The notes beneath the pieces were generated by a model. That model had not been told where the DNA came from. It made no database searches and saw only the letters and a list, made by a program, of their open reading frames with translations. A stretch of DNA of 63,969 nucleotides, the filler included, from Sanchytrium tribonematis (lineage: Eukaryota): the NCBI GenBank assembly GCA_018985235.1. It is 7 parts of 7 records of this genome, joined end to end, with 100 filler letters (N's around TTAATTAATTAA, not from the genome) between each part and the next. Parts side by side here need not be neighbours in the genome. Positions count along the whole stretch, not along the records: positions 9,320 to 18,538 come from JADGIG010000338.1; positions 18,639 to 27,816 come from JADGIG010000339.1; 5 more parts are not named here. One strand, written 5' to 3'. The translations under genes and the position numbers were made by a program. Positions 12,183 through 24,140 of this stretch are shown piece by piece (position 1 is the first letter of the stretch; every line of letters starts with the position of its first letter).

Positions 12183-13299
12183 TCAGCATTGACAGCACTT
12201 GATGAATTACTTTCCACTGATAATCCATTACGAACGAATTAAAATGTTGATTTAAGTAAAAGTAGGGAAAGTGATGCTGTTAGTTCACCAAACAGTGAAT
12301 GTACTCTACCAGCTAGAAAAAGAAGAAAATTGGATGCTTCTGAACAAGCCTTGAATTTTGTGAGAAAATACATTGATTATGCTCTGAATTTACTTAAGAA
12401 AACTCCATCTTTTGAACCATGGTCAATAGACCGAAGAAAATGGGCCGAGTGGTTCTAAATATGGAAAAGAATTGATAATCTTTGTAATTTCTTATTAATT
12501 ATTGATAATAATTTTTATTAATTTGATTGTTCCCTACGACTATTTCGACGACGTAGACACACAACAATAGCAAAATTTTATCGTCAAGTTCAAAACATGG
12601 GTCAAAAAAATTTATCTTTTGAATCTGATTGAATTTGCTCAATCTGATTTGCCAAATTCGACATCCATAAGTTATCTTTGAAAAAGAGTGGAGTCCTAAA
12701 AATTTTGTACTAAAACTAGAATTTTTGTTAAGTCGGAAGGTGAATTATTCGTTGTGAGGATCATCTTCATCTTAATGCATCTAAAATTTTAGGGGAAATT
12801 TGTAAGAAGATTTGCCTCAATGCCATACCTAATGATTAAATTGGGGGACGTTCCTAATCACCATTATAACCGGTCTAGAAACCTTTCCCGAAGTATTTTG
12901 CACCACCGGCAGTTATGTATGCCATGCCCGTTGAATTTGATTACGGCTGTTGTTAATTTGGCTAAAAATATGAACGAAAAGATGTGGACTGAATCTCGTT
13001 GCTATTAATTGTAAATGTAGATAAGATAATTTATTAGGTAGTTACTCTTTAAATACTCTATAGAATTCTCTAGCATCCAAATTGGCCAATCATATAACAC
13101 TTCCGTGTTACATTAATTAATGTAATTCTGTCGTAGTGCTGTATTGTATCTCTCATTATTCTCAACCCAAAACAATTGATGAGCTAACGCCGTTTGATAT
13201 TAATAAACTAGTATTTAGAACATGTAAAGAATATAAAGTTGGGGGAGGTGAGGAAGGCCTCGGTATTTTTATGATGTGTGAAATGTACCTTGAAATTGA

Positions 13300-15138
13300 A
13301 GATCCGTATAACTTTCTTCCTAATAGCAGTGGATATTCTAATCCGGTAAAGCATTTTAAAATACACAAAAATTATCAAGAATTTTTGAAACAGCAATATT
13401 CATTGCATTACCCCAGAATTAAAATTTTAGAAAAAATGGTGAATATTAGCAAAGCAGTTAAAGATAAGCACTAGTGGGTTCAATGGATTGTTGATGATGA
13501 CCTGCCTTTCGGATTTGTTCGAAGCAAAACAACTAAAGACTTTTCCAACTTAAAGACCATTTCTCCCGCAAAAGTGAAAGAATTGGTATTGGGTATTGCT
13601 AGAGAGGTTGTAAAAAGTATTGCAGCAATGCTGCCACTCAAGTTTGGCTTCATATAGGATGGTTGGTCACATCAAAACAACCATTTCATAAGTATTTATG
13701 CTAACTTTTTGAAGCAAGTGGACAACAAACCGGTTTTTCTAGGATCAGTAGAATTTGAAGATAAAGAAGCTTTTACTGCAGATGAACATATTGCGGCTAT
13801 TAAAAAAGTATTGAAAAGTTATAATAGGAATTGGAAGAATGTGCTTTTCATGACAACCGCTAATCCCAATGTTAATCGTTCAATTGCAGATAAAATGAAA
13901 CTAAACATGATTGCTTGTATGAGTCACAGGCTCAAACTTGTAATAGATTCGGAACTAGCAGATGGAAATCATATGGATGGTATTGCCAAAGTATTGGAAT
14001 TAATGAATGAAAAGGTGCTGGAATTTTGAAGCTATACTGAAAGTGTTGCATTGGTGTATAATCAGACCAAATGGGAGGGAAAGTATCGAATGTGCAAGCG
14101 CTACTTAGAGATAGCATGTCAGAATTGGAGACCAATACCGTATCTGAGATGGAATTGGATACCAATTCTTTTGATTGAATTTTAAAAATACACTCTTTAT
14201 TGAATGATAATTGCTCAGAAGATGAGGATTATGAACCGCTTGAGGAAGCAATGGACCTGGATGAGAGTACATTTGGTACAAAAGTAAAGGACATTTTGGA
14301 GGGAATGGTAATTGCAGACATTAAAAAGACGTATGAAGTATTGAAAGAATTTCACATAGTATCGATGGAGCTTCAAGCCAATGATACAAAAATGTGCTAC
14401 GATTTATCCTTATTTCATCATTTGTCTTGTCAATATCCGCATGCAATACCTTTAAAATAGATTATCCAGCATTAGGACGTCACGCAGAGTTTATCACTGG
14501 AATTGGTAAAATTCAAACACAAGAATCAGAATTGACAGAAAATGAGGAAAAAAAGTGTATATTATTTTTAAAACCAAAAGAAGGAAGTTTAATGGAAAGA
14601 AACAATACTCAAGAGAATGAAATTAAAATGAGTATCATTGAAAAAGCAAAAGCCACTGTAAACGTCAAGAAGGATTCAAAGTATCAATTAATTGATTATA
14701 TTGTAATATTAGTACTTTTTTTATTTAACTTTGTGATGAGAGAAAAAATCGCACACTTCCAGCTACAATGCAAGCTCGAGCTTTTTTTAAAATTAAACAG
14801 ATTAATTTGGAATGCTAAAACAGTGGAAAAAGTGTGTTCAGCAAAGAGTTCAGCAAAAAAAGAAATAAATTTGTGGTATTGAGAAACAATATCCTCAGTT
14901 CCTTGGTATTGCATCGCAATCTAGCAATACCTGCAATTTATGGTATTGCTTTAAAGTACTATATTCAATAGTATTGCGAGTATTGCAGGTATTGGTTACT
15001 TTTTTGATTTCAGGTTGGTATTGCTAATTTTTGAAAAAGAAAATTGGGTATTGCACCAAAAGTTCTAGCAATACCTGTTGCAATATTTTTTGGACGGGTA
15101 TTGATTTGCAATACCTGAATTGCACGGTCACACCGCTG
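13300..15138 (+). mobile_element. Degenerate hAT-superfamily DNA transposon (transposase pseudogene plus right end)
   Basis: Read-through of stops gives BED-like GYSNPVKHFKIH, WIVDDDLPFGFV, FGFI*DGWS (first catalytic D) and IACMSHRLKL (CxxH). Subterminal GTATTGC/GCAATAC repeats lie at 14905-15120; the end reads CAGCGGTGTGACC on the minus strand at 15138. Confidence 0.8.
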
Positions 15139-15139
15139 G

Positions 15140-16989
15140 TAGGCCATATTCACACAATTTCTAAAAGATTTGATTATATTTTGATCCAAATTAATGAGAC
15201 AAGAGTCATGGGATTCTACATTCCTTCAAAAGTGCAAGACAAATGTGGATATTTTCACAATTTACACGAAATTGGTGGTCGTTTTTGCCTACATATTGGT
15301 GATTCAAACGTGTCACTTATGGAGAAACACTCATCGCGGAAATTTCAATCATTTATGGATGATATTTCCTCAAAGAAACGTTAAATAATTGCCCCCATCA
15401 AGTCTGAGTTCTCATTTTGCAAATACAATTCAACGGAGCACTCATTGATTAACTATGCACTAGTCTCGACATTATTCTCTAGACTACACGCAATGCCAAC
15501 TTCATGTAGCAATCACTTGCCGATCTGTCTAGAGATAGATTTGCCAGATGCCAGTAGAGATATAATAATTAGCAAAGAAAAGAAGATTAAATCTTACAAG
15601 TTTAATAAAAAGGAAAAGGATGAGCATTTTAAAATTCACTTTCCAAAAACATAGAATAGCTCCTTTGAGATGTATAAAACCCCAATTTTACTCTTCACTG
15701 CAAGAAAAACGATACAAGCTATATCACTCTTAGAAGCTAGCTTGATTGAGAATGACATTGACTATTCTAAACAACACTCTACGACAAAATGTGTATCTTA
15801 AGAATTTTCAAGCTTTAAGAATGATTTGGAACCCTCAAATTGCTAAAATTAAAAGATTTCTCGTAAAAATAAATTTGACCCAAAATCCATGCTTGATTTT
15901 ACGCGTGTGGACGAGTATGCGAGTAAGATTGTGCATGAAAAATGGATTGATTCCAATGTAAAGAAATCGGATCTAGAAAATTGTTTTTCTAAGAATTTTG
16001 AATCAAACCCTACTCCATTTTCGACAATGGATGTTCAAATTTGCCTTGAAAAACATGCCAAATAATAAGGCAACTGGTACTGACAAACTGCCAATAGAGC
16101 TCGTGCGTTGCAGATGATATTATCATAGATTACTTGAAGGATTTAATTAATTGCATTCTAGAATCACTTGAAATCCCTGACTCATATCTTACCACAATTC
16201 TCCATCCAACACCAAAAGGAAATCAATCAAACAATATTCAGAATCATAGACAATTGGGTATGACAGGACATATAATCAAATTAACTGAAAACTAAAACAA
16301 AATCGCTACTCCTCGAATTTTGAAACATCCAGTGCCCAATACGGTTACAAAAAGAAAACAAATTACTGTGATGCAGCACACGATCTTGATTTGTTCTTAA
16401 AGAAGTTACCTAATAATGTCCGTGACTCGTATCGTATTGAGAATTACCTCATTCAAGAGTGATTCAGGGCTCAGTTATTATCCCAGGTGTCTTTGCATTG
16501 TTATTTGATAGTTTATTGTGAGACTTTAGAGCCACGGAACATTATTTTCGGATGACTTGTTGGCTGCTTTGGACTTTGAAATCAAAAATCGCCTCTCCAC
16601 CGTCAATTCGACACTCAATGATAAGAAAAGTCGTTTTCTGACCGTAAAGAATAGCTATCTTCGGATCTTTTGTAATCAGTATGGCATAAATCGTGAAAAC
16701 AAGTGGATTTGAATTTAAAATCTGCCAACTCTAAAAAGTATCACGACAGCCAATGTGGTATATTTCATGATGGCCCGAATAAAGCAGGACTGTTCACAGT
16801 TTACAAATCAATGGTTATTCAGTTTAAAGGACTTTTAGCCTCTAAAATGACCTCTTTCGCGTAAACGTTCTCAACTTTATAATATGGATGGATGTATCTT
16901 AGAAATCGTCATCTCAATCACAAATAATAAATATTGCCCCAAAATGATTAAATCTAATCAAAATCACCACAATTAATGAAAACTTTAAA
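15140..16989 (+). mobile_element. Degenerate non-LTR retrotransposon (APE endonuclease + RT), many stops and frameshifts
   Basis: Endonuclease remnants LIQINET, IGDSN, INYAL, SNHLPI; RT remnants NNKATGTDKLPIEL (~16060), VIQGSVIIPGVFALLFDSL (~16460), LFSDDLL (~16545). Confidence 0.85.
16912..16989 (+). repeat. 78-bp exact inverted repeat of 18461-18538 (contig end)
   Basis: TCTCAATCACAAATAATAAATATTGCCCC...AAACTTTAAA is the reverse complement of 18461-18538. Confidence 0.92.
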
Positions 16990-17326
16990 AAAGATGATTG
17001 TTAAGTTTTTTTATGTGCCTTGATTAATGCATCTGTAAAATAATTGAATTCATCATCAGGCTGAAATTAAATTATTGTTTGGAGTGTTTGTGCGGAATTT
17101 GAAACCGTTGCTGTAAAAACGGTATTTCCAACACTGTCAAATAAAATACAATTACTCTGATATCAGTCAATTTTGAATTTCAAATAATCTTGTCTTCCTT
17201 GGCATAGTTGGCATTGGAAATGGCGTATTCCAAGTTATTGCTTTTTTAAATATAATAACTGGTTCTTCTGCAATAATAATTGCATTGAATTTAAATGCTC
17301 CACAATTTTGGTGGCGGATCTAATGG

Positions 17327-17510
17327 AATCACTTTCCCGGCACTCCAAGCCATATGTTGCTCGTGGTTAAATTTTAAATATTTGAAAAGTAAGTCTGCTT
17401 TCGAGTATTAAACAGTAAAATCTCTTTCCCGGCACTCCAAGCCATATGTTGCTCGTGGTTAAATTTTAAATATTTGAAAAGTAAGTCTGCTTTCGAGTAT
17501 TAAACAGTAA
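17327..17510. repeat. 92-bp tandem duplication (2 copies, 1 mismatch)
   Basis: 17327-17418 versus 17419-17510, core CTTTCCCGGCACTCCAAGCC...TATTAAACAGTAA. Confidence 0.93.
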
Positions 17511-17785
17511 TGCACTTGGTGTTCCCAGTAAATATTTAAGTTGTTTACGGATCTGTACATTGATCTTTTCCAATTGTTTTTCTGAAAAGTCATTGTTTTG
17601 TATTCCAAAATCAAGTACACTTGTCACATGACTAGCGAGCAGCATTCCACAATTTGAAGTGGCAAACCTCCTTTAAAACAGCCAAAAATCCTCAGTTGAT
17701 GGAACTTGTAATTAATTTGTTGAATCTTTTTCTTGAAATTTGACTATGCATATTCCGCTGACTTTAATAAAATACCACACACCAT

Positions 17786-18301
17786 CTATATTGATATCGT
17801 ATAAAGCTTGGAGACGCAGACAAAATTATGTCGAGGAAATGGGACTCCCTTAAGGAATTCTTGTTGTGCGAATCGGTGTCGATTCATGATTGTCAAGAAT
17901 ATAATTGCAACCAGTGTCACAAATTTGATTTCCAAAACAAAATTCAGCATCGTGTTGGCATTTTCAGAAGAGGATTGTGACAATAAGTCTATGTTATTGA
18001 TTTGTCCATAATTCTTGTATTTTTGAATAAATTGAATAGCCGCCATATTATCTGTCAGAATCAATAAATTTCCTCCTTGCGGATTCAATTTAATGGCTTT
18101 TAAAATACAGCATATTTCACTGCGGGTGCTGCTGTTAATGTCAAGTGAAGTAAAATCAAATAAATTGACTGATTTTGTTATTGGATTGCACCCAGATGAT
18201 TTGTAACTTGTATTTCCTGCGTCTGTGTACAGAACAGTCCGATTCTCATTAATATTATTAACATAATAATCTTTTTCATAATTATATGGCAGAATGACCA
18301 T
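17786..18301 (-). pseudogene. RNase H domain of a non-LTR retroelement (inverted fragment)
   Basis: VLYTDAG, NSSTRSEICCILKAI and LILTDNMAAI supply the D/E/D residues of RNase H; it lies downstream of the 78-bp segment shared with the plus-strand element. Confidence 0.8.
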
Positions 18302-18638
18302 GCCACGACCAAATTTGGTGGTTTTAAGATGGTTTGAATTTGGTCAATATTTTGGAGGAGTGCTCATTTAGATACTTTAATGCACAAGACTGTATTTGGT
18401 ATTGATTTTCATATACGTTGCTGCTGCTGTGCTGTTCATTTTCTGTGGTGAAATTGCAAATTTAAAGTTTTCATTAATTGTGGTGATTTTGATTAGATTT
18501 AATCATTTTGGGGCAATATTTATTATTTGTGATTGAGANNNNNNNNNNNNNNNNNNNNNNNNNNNNNNNNNNNNNNNNNNNNTTAATTAATTAANNNNNN
18601 NNNNNNNNNNNNNNNNNNNNNNNNNNNNNNNNNNNNNN

Positions 18639-18916
18639 ATTTCTACCTGTTTGGATCCAGTATTGCTAAATTCCACTGGCGCATCCCCCACAACATTTTC
18701 ACCACTTTTTACCAATACACTCAATTTGTGCACCAATAATTCATCAAGATCTTTGTTGTAATCATTCATCAATGCGTTGCTTGTTGTGTATGCATAAGCA
18801 GCATCCTTAATACACCAGCCTCGAGCTGAACTATATCCAGTTTTGCAACTTGCTCCTTTATAAACAAATCCATCGTTCTCAGCGAATGGGGCTGCCAATA
18901 CAATTGAAGCTAACAT
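18639..18916 (-). CDS. Secreted protein, 3'-truncated at the contig end
   Basis: Short hydrophobic leader MLASIVLAAP, two Cys; ORF runs into the spacer. Confidence 0.65.
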
Positions 18917-19121
18917 CTACAAACTGATGGGCTGTACGGCTTTTAAGACAAATATCACGGCTTTAAATTGGCTAAAGCGGCTATTTCAATATCCAATTAA
19001 GTCGGAAGTTTACAAATTCGCCATTCAAGTTGGCTAAGAATTAGAACATGTCCCCTATCTGTTATCGCCTTATCGTATTTGGCTGTTAAATTGAAAAGCG
19101 AAAAGCAGACCAATAATTTAC

Positions 19122-20595
19122 TCAATCATGTTGACAGCTTCTTTTCTCTGGAATAGGAATACGGCCGAATGGGTCATTAATATTTTGATCTTTTATCAGG
19201 TTCTTGACCTTTTCAAAACTGAATCCCATATACTCTCTCCATAAAATGAAACTAAGTTGAGTATTTTCCATGATGCCTCGAATAATTCTATTACTGGTAA
19301 ATTGCCAATTTTCCTGCCCAAAAGTGATCAATGGGACATCAACGGCTGTATGTCCATGTGTTGTGGCACCGATTTCGGCTTTTGTATTAATTAATTTTGA
19401 TAAATATTGCATAAACGCATATCGAGTCTTTTCCAATTTAGATCGATCATAAGCTTGTTTAAGTTCCGATGATTGTTCATCAGCAAGATCTAAACTTAAA
19501 TATTGTTTAATCTGGTTTTTGAATTCTATTGCGTCAAATGGTAAAGCCAACAATAGATCACCCAATTTTTCCGTAGACATTTTAACATTTTGAAGGACGT
19601 GGGGATAATATCGATAAGGAGAATGATCTCCATTTGCTAAATAAAAAAGAAATACCTAATGTGAAGCCACCTGTTTCATGGTCACTCGTACTTACAACTA
19701 AAACATTTGAATGCTTCTTTGAAAACTCATGAACAAATTTCAACATTTCTTGATATGCCAACATGTCATGGACATGAGCAGCGGGATCATTATTATGACC
19801 AGCATGGTCTATTCGACTAGCTTCTATCATCATGAAAAATCCATGACAACCAGATTCTTTCTGCAGCACTGGCAAAGCTTTTGCAACCATGTCTTTCAAT
19901 GAGGGTACATTTGATGGCCTATCTAATTCGAAAGGCATGTGGCCCGTGACTAATGGTGCCAAAACAGGCAGTTTTAGATCTGCTTCATTAAAAGATTGTG
20001 GGTCGGTCAAAATTGTTTTAAATCCTGACTTTTTGGCTTCCTCTAATAAATTCCTTCTATCTAATCTTTTACTATAATTGGTAGTATTGGGAACAAAAAA
20101 TTCTAGACCTCCTCCAATAATCAAATCCACAGTTCTATTTAAAACAGAATCAGACACTAATTGATTTGCAATAATATCTTCCCAACCTCGATCTCTAACA
20201 TGCGCGTAGAACCCAGCAGGTGTAGCATGTGTTATAGTAGAAGTTACAACAATGCCCGTAGTCAAACCTTTTAATTTGGCAGCCTCCAAAATAGTAGGAA
20301 CTGGAATGCCATTAGGATCAATTCCAATATATCCATTGTTTGTCTTGGTCATACTGGCCAAAGCGGTTGCTCCAGCAGCACTATCTGTAACTAAAGAATT
20401 CGCACTGTGGGTTTTTACGAGACCCACTACATGCGAATCACTAAATAAGTGATCTGTTCCCGATAATTTTAAAAAATCTCTGGCCATAGTGTACGAAGCA
20501 GGTCCAGTTCCATCTGTAATAATTTGGATTAACGATTTGGGCTCGCATTTTCTGGGTACTCCAAATTGATACCCAATTATGATGGAAAAATACAT
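19122..20595 (-). CDS. PHO8: Alkaline phosphatase (PHO8-like), two exons joined across a putative 19-nt intron at 19637-19655
   Basis: TDGTGP, VTDSAAGATA (catalytic Ser), THATPAGF, EASRIDHAGHNND and TSDHETGG lie in ORF 19582-20628; TTHGHTAVDV lies in ORF 19122-19580. Removing GTATTTCTTTTTTATTTAG fuses the frames (ETGGFTL-ANGDHSPYRYYPHVLQNVKMST). Confidence 0.88.
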
Positions 20596-20667
20596 GTTTC
20601 CTCCTTCAAAAAATGTACTCAAATTCATTTGACGAATATAAAGAAGCGAGAAACTAATTTACTAGGT

Positions 20668-21261
20668 CTAAAACATGTAAGATGCTGTGATTGCTAAAAT
20701 TGCAAATGATGAAGAAGTTGATGATGATTTTTGGTCATAAGGTGTTGAACCATTTTGCTCAGTGCCATAAGCGTCATAAGATTCTGCTGGGTCTTCAGGA
20801 TCTGCTGGAGCTGAAGGAGTAGAAGGTATGGAATCATCATTTCCATAATGCTTGTACGAATATCCGCTTGACCCGTATTGAGTCTTTGATTCGCCATAAC
20901 TTGGTGTTGCAGGTTTTGGTGCTTCGTAAGGAGTATCAGATGGGGCTTTATAGTCGTAACCAGATTTTTCTGGAGTGTATGATGAGGGTGGAGAATAGCT
21001 GTCACTATTTTCTACTGGTTTGTATCCATAGCCTGATGATTCAGTTTTTGGAGTGTATGTCTCTGGCGTGTAGACCTTGTACTTTTGCTCGGATTTGTAT
21101 CCATAGCCAGACGTTGGCGGCGAATAAGAATAACCTGTAGATTTTGGTGCTTCATAAGAATAGCCAGATGATGGCGCATTATTAGTGTATCCTGGCTTGC
21201 TGTAAGTAGGGCCATAAGAACTTCCTGAAGGTTGATAAGCAGCGACGACAATTGAAAACAT
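20668..21261 (-). CDS. Secreted Ser/Tyr/Pro/Gly-rich cell-wall-like protein, probable GPI signal
   Basis: Short hydrophobic N-terminus, SGYSY/SGYGY repeats, PADPEDPAE motif, C-terminal KSSSTSSS plus hydrophobic tail. Confidence 0.75.
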   Translation of the reverse strand: MFSIVVAAYQPSGSSYGPTYSKPGYTNNAPSSGYSYEAPKSTGYSYSPPTSGYGYKSEQKYKVYTPETYTPKTESSGYGYKPVENSDSYSPPSSYTPEKSGYDYKAPSDTPYEAPKPATPSYGESKTQYGSSGYSYKHYGNDDSIPSTPSAPADPEDPAESYDAYGTEQNGSTPYDQKSSSTSSSFAILAITASYMF

Positions 21262-21521
21262 ATTGGATATTTGGGGTATCCCGCTTTTTAATATCCCCTA
21301 TTTCCCCGCCTTTTACAAATCCACGTTGAAAGATTAATGGTCTAACATTTTGAAACCAATTGCAACCACAGATTAAAATTGTCAACTCGAACAACATTGC
21401 CATTCAGATTTTCAAAAATAGAATTTTCTACGAACCCAAATGTCAACTGTGTGACATAAAAATAAAATATGTAAAATAAAATTAATTGTTCTATCTATTT
21501 TTCTATTTATTCTAAACACAT

Positions 21522-22325
21522 TCAAAACAAGTACGCACCAACAACTGTAATTATTGAAGCTGATAATACACTGGAGCTTGATTTTTCGTTAAATGTTTGT
21601 CCATGTCCGGAATGATCCGCATGATCAATTTCATCGTCAAATTCCTCCTCGTCTGCGGCAGTTTCAGTTGAAGATTCCACTGGCTCATATGCAGGATCTT
21701 CTGGATCTGATGGTGGCGTTGAAATGTCAGTCGTCGTAGGGGCATCAGGAATTTGGGGTGTTTTGATTGCATATTTGTAGGCATTATATGATTTGGTAGG
21801 TCCATAAGATCTTCCTGTGCCAGGTTTTGCGTAGGTTGGAGTTCCATATGATTTAGTAGGCGCATATGATGGACTTTTAGTTCCATAAGATGGTGCACTT
21901 GATCCATAGGAAGGTGTATTAGATCCATATGAAGGTGAACTAGGTGTGTTAGAACCATAACTAGGCGCTTTTGAACCATAAGATGGTGCAGTTGCATACG
22001 AAGGTGTCTTAGTTCCATATGTGGGTGTATTTGATCCGTAGGAAGGAGTGTCAGGCGCATAACTGGTGGGAGTATCGTATGCAGTATTTGAATTTGGAGC
22101 ATAATCTTTCACAGGCGCATATGAACTGCCTTTTGAAGGAGCACTGTAGGAATAACCAGTTGTCGGTTTAGAATATCCTTTAGAAGGTGTTGAATAACTA
22201 CTTTTAGGTACAGAATATCTAGATTTTGGTGCAGAATAACTTCCTTTTCTTGGTGAATATGAAGGAACATTGGAAGACTTGTATGAATTTTCATTAATCG
22301 AAGCGGCAAATACTAGAGGCAACAT
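21522..22325 (-). CDS. Tandem paralog: secreted PSYG-repeat cell-wall-like protein, probable GPI signal
   Basis: Repeats [TAS]PSYG[ST][NK]; PSDPEDPAYE motif and KSSSS plus hydrophobic tail shared with 20668-21261. Confidence 0.78.
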   Translation of the reverse strand: MLPLVFAASINENSYKSSNVPSYSPRKGSYSAPKSRYSVPKSSYSTPSKGYSKPTTGYSYSAPSKGSSYAPVKDYAPNSNTAYDTPTSYAPDTPSYGSNTPTYGTKTPSYATAPSYGSKAPSYGSNTPSSPSYGSNTPSYGSSAPSYGTKSPSYAPTKSYGTPTYAKPGTGRSYGPTKSYNAYKYAIKTPQIPDAPTTTDISTPPSDPEDPAYEPVESSTETAADEEEFDDEIDHADHSGHGQTFNEKSSSSVLSASIITVVGAYLF

Positions 22326-22571
22326 CTATCTCTGACAGGGAATTACCCTCTTTTAAAGATCCCCTATTTGCCCCCTGAATTTTACAACACCAATCATTTT
22401 CTATACATGTGATTGATTTGTGCACTCGAAGACTTGAGGATCAAAAGATCACGTCATGGATGGCAAAATTTGTAATCATTGCAACAGATTTACGCCATGA
22501 GATGTTAACTAAAATTTAATGGATTAACTTTGCCATTTTGATTGTGCTGATTATATACTTTTATTGATTTT

Positions 22572-24119
22572 TTAAACTCTATTTTTCATGTCTTGCACTT
22601 GATTAAGCAGTGAAGCCTTAGAAAATAACAGTGGAGGCAAATGATCAGATAGTTCCTCAATGTCCAGAGTTTCCAGATGCAAGTCTTTGAGCTTTCTATT
22701 AAGTCGTGTGATTCCTTTTTTCAAGTATTTTGATTGTTCGTTACAATCTTTTTCTTTCTGATTTAATTCAATCTCTTTGATTTTAATTGTGTGTTCTCGA
22801 TCTTTCAATTGATTTTCTGATTTGTCGAATAAAGTTTGCAATTCTTGATTTTTATTTGTCAAAATCTCGTTTTTTAGTTGTTCTGACTTAAGGCTTTCAA
22901 GAAATTCTGCTTTGGAAGTCTCTAATGATTGCTTGCATTCTTCCAGTTGTGTTTTGTATGGCTCTAACATGTCCTTTAGCAATTTCTCATATTTTGAGTT
23001 GATATGCGACAAGTCTTGCTGCTGATATGAAATCCCATCAAGCTTTTTTGTGAAGATATCGAAGTTCTTGCAAAGATTTATATTCAAATCATTTAATTGG
23101 AAATTTTGCTGTATTACGTCCTGTAATTGATTCTCAGTGTTTGACAATTTGGAGTAATTATTACTATTCTCAATGTGAAGTTTATCATATGATTTGCACA
23201 GGCTCTCGATAAAATTCAAAACTGAAAGGCAATTACCCAACTGAATGGAAACATCGAGGGTCGCGCTCTCTTCTAACGAAGGCAATGTCAAATGCTTGTT
23301 CCACTCAGCTTTTTCTAATTCGTCCAAAATTCTGTTGTTTGTGGTATAATATTGCTGAGCATAGTCCTCCACCATTCGCTTATATCTTTGCAATTCTTTA
23401 TTTTCTAATTGGTTCAAATGGCTAAGATTTTCCTGCACTCCCAATTTATGATTTAGTTCTTTAATTCTTTCCTCTAGGGAGCTGGTCCTTTTAATAAACT
23501 TTATGCTCCCTTCCTCATGGGCAGATTTGTACTCGAATAAATCACTATTTTCTTTTTCCAACTTTGAATTTGTGGACCTTAAATGTTTGACTAATTTATC
23601 CTGAGAAGTCAATTTGATCAAATAGTCGTTTCTTTCTGAATCCAATTTTTGGCACACTTGCAGTACATTTTGCAGCCTTTGTTGGAGACTTTGTATTTTG
23701 CTAATGTTTGTATGAAGTAGGTCTCCCAAGTCGCTGGAAAAATCATTTTCCTTCGACGATTGATGATTTAATAGTGACTGGACTCTAAAAGACAATGATT
23801 GATTTTCTTGTTCTAATTGTGATATGTAATTTTGTGCGGTGTTTAGTTTAAGGGAAATATCAGACTCACTTCTCTCCAATTTATTAGAATTTAAGTTGTT
23901 CTCTTTTGCCTCTAAAGTGACTTGTGAGGTTTTTAAGCTGCAATAACTATCAGCAATTTCTTCAACTGGATTTGCCTGAATTAATGACTCAAAAGAGCTT
24001 TCACTGTGGTCCTTGTTAAATTTACTGGCTTTTATAGTAGACATGCTAGATTTTGATGTGAATCTGGAAGAAGCACCCGATTTCGAAAGTTTTAAGCTTT
24101 TTTCACTTGCAAATTTCAT
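22572..24119 (-). CDS. Long coiled-coil hypothetical protein
   Basis: 515-aa ORF; Ser/Lys-rich N-terminus followed by heptad-rich L/E/K/Q sequence. Confidence 0.75.
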   Translation of the reverse strand: MKFASEKSLKLSKSGASSRFTSKSSMSTIKASKFNKDHSESSFESLIQANPVEEIADSYCSLKTSQVTLEAKENNLNSNKLERSESDISLKLNTAQNYISQLEQENQSLSFRVQSLLNHQSSKENDFSSDLGDLLHTNISKIQSLQQRLQNVLQVCQKLDSERNDYLIKLTSQDKLVKHLRSTNSKLEKENSDLFEYKSAHEEGSIKFIKRTSSLEERIKELNHKLGVQENLSHLNQLENKELQRYKRMVEDYAQQYYTTNNRILDELEKAEWNKHLTLPSLEESATLDVSIQLGNCLSVLNFIESLCKSYDKLHIENSNNYSKLSNTENQLQDVIQQNFQLNDLNINLCKNFDIFTKKLDGISYQQQDLSHINSKYEKLLKDMLEPYKTQLEECKQSLETSKAEFLESLKSEQLKNEILTNKNQELQTLFDKSENQLKDREHTIKIKEIELNQKEKDCNEQSKYLKKGITRLNRKLKDLHLETLDIEELSDHLPPLLFSKASLLNQVQDMKNRV

Positions 24120-24140
24120 TTCAACTGTTTTACTATTTTA

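Noticed and set aside
21800..22075. Heptad S/P/Y/T repeats as an RNA polymerase II CTD
   Set aside because: The consensus is xPSYG[ST][NK], not YSPTSPS, and the protein has a secretion leader and GPI-like tail.
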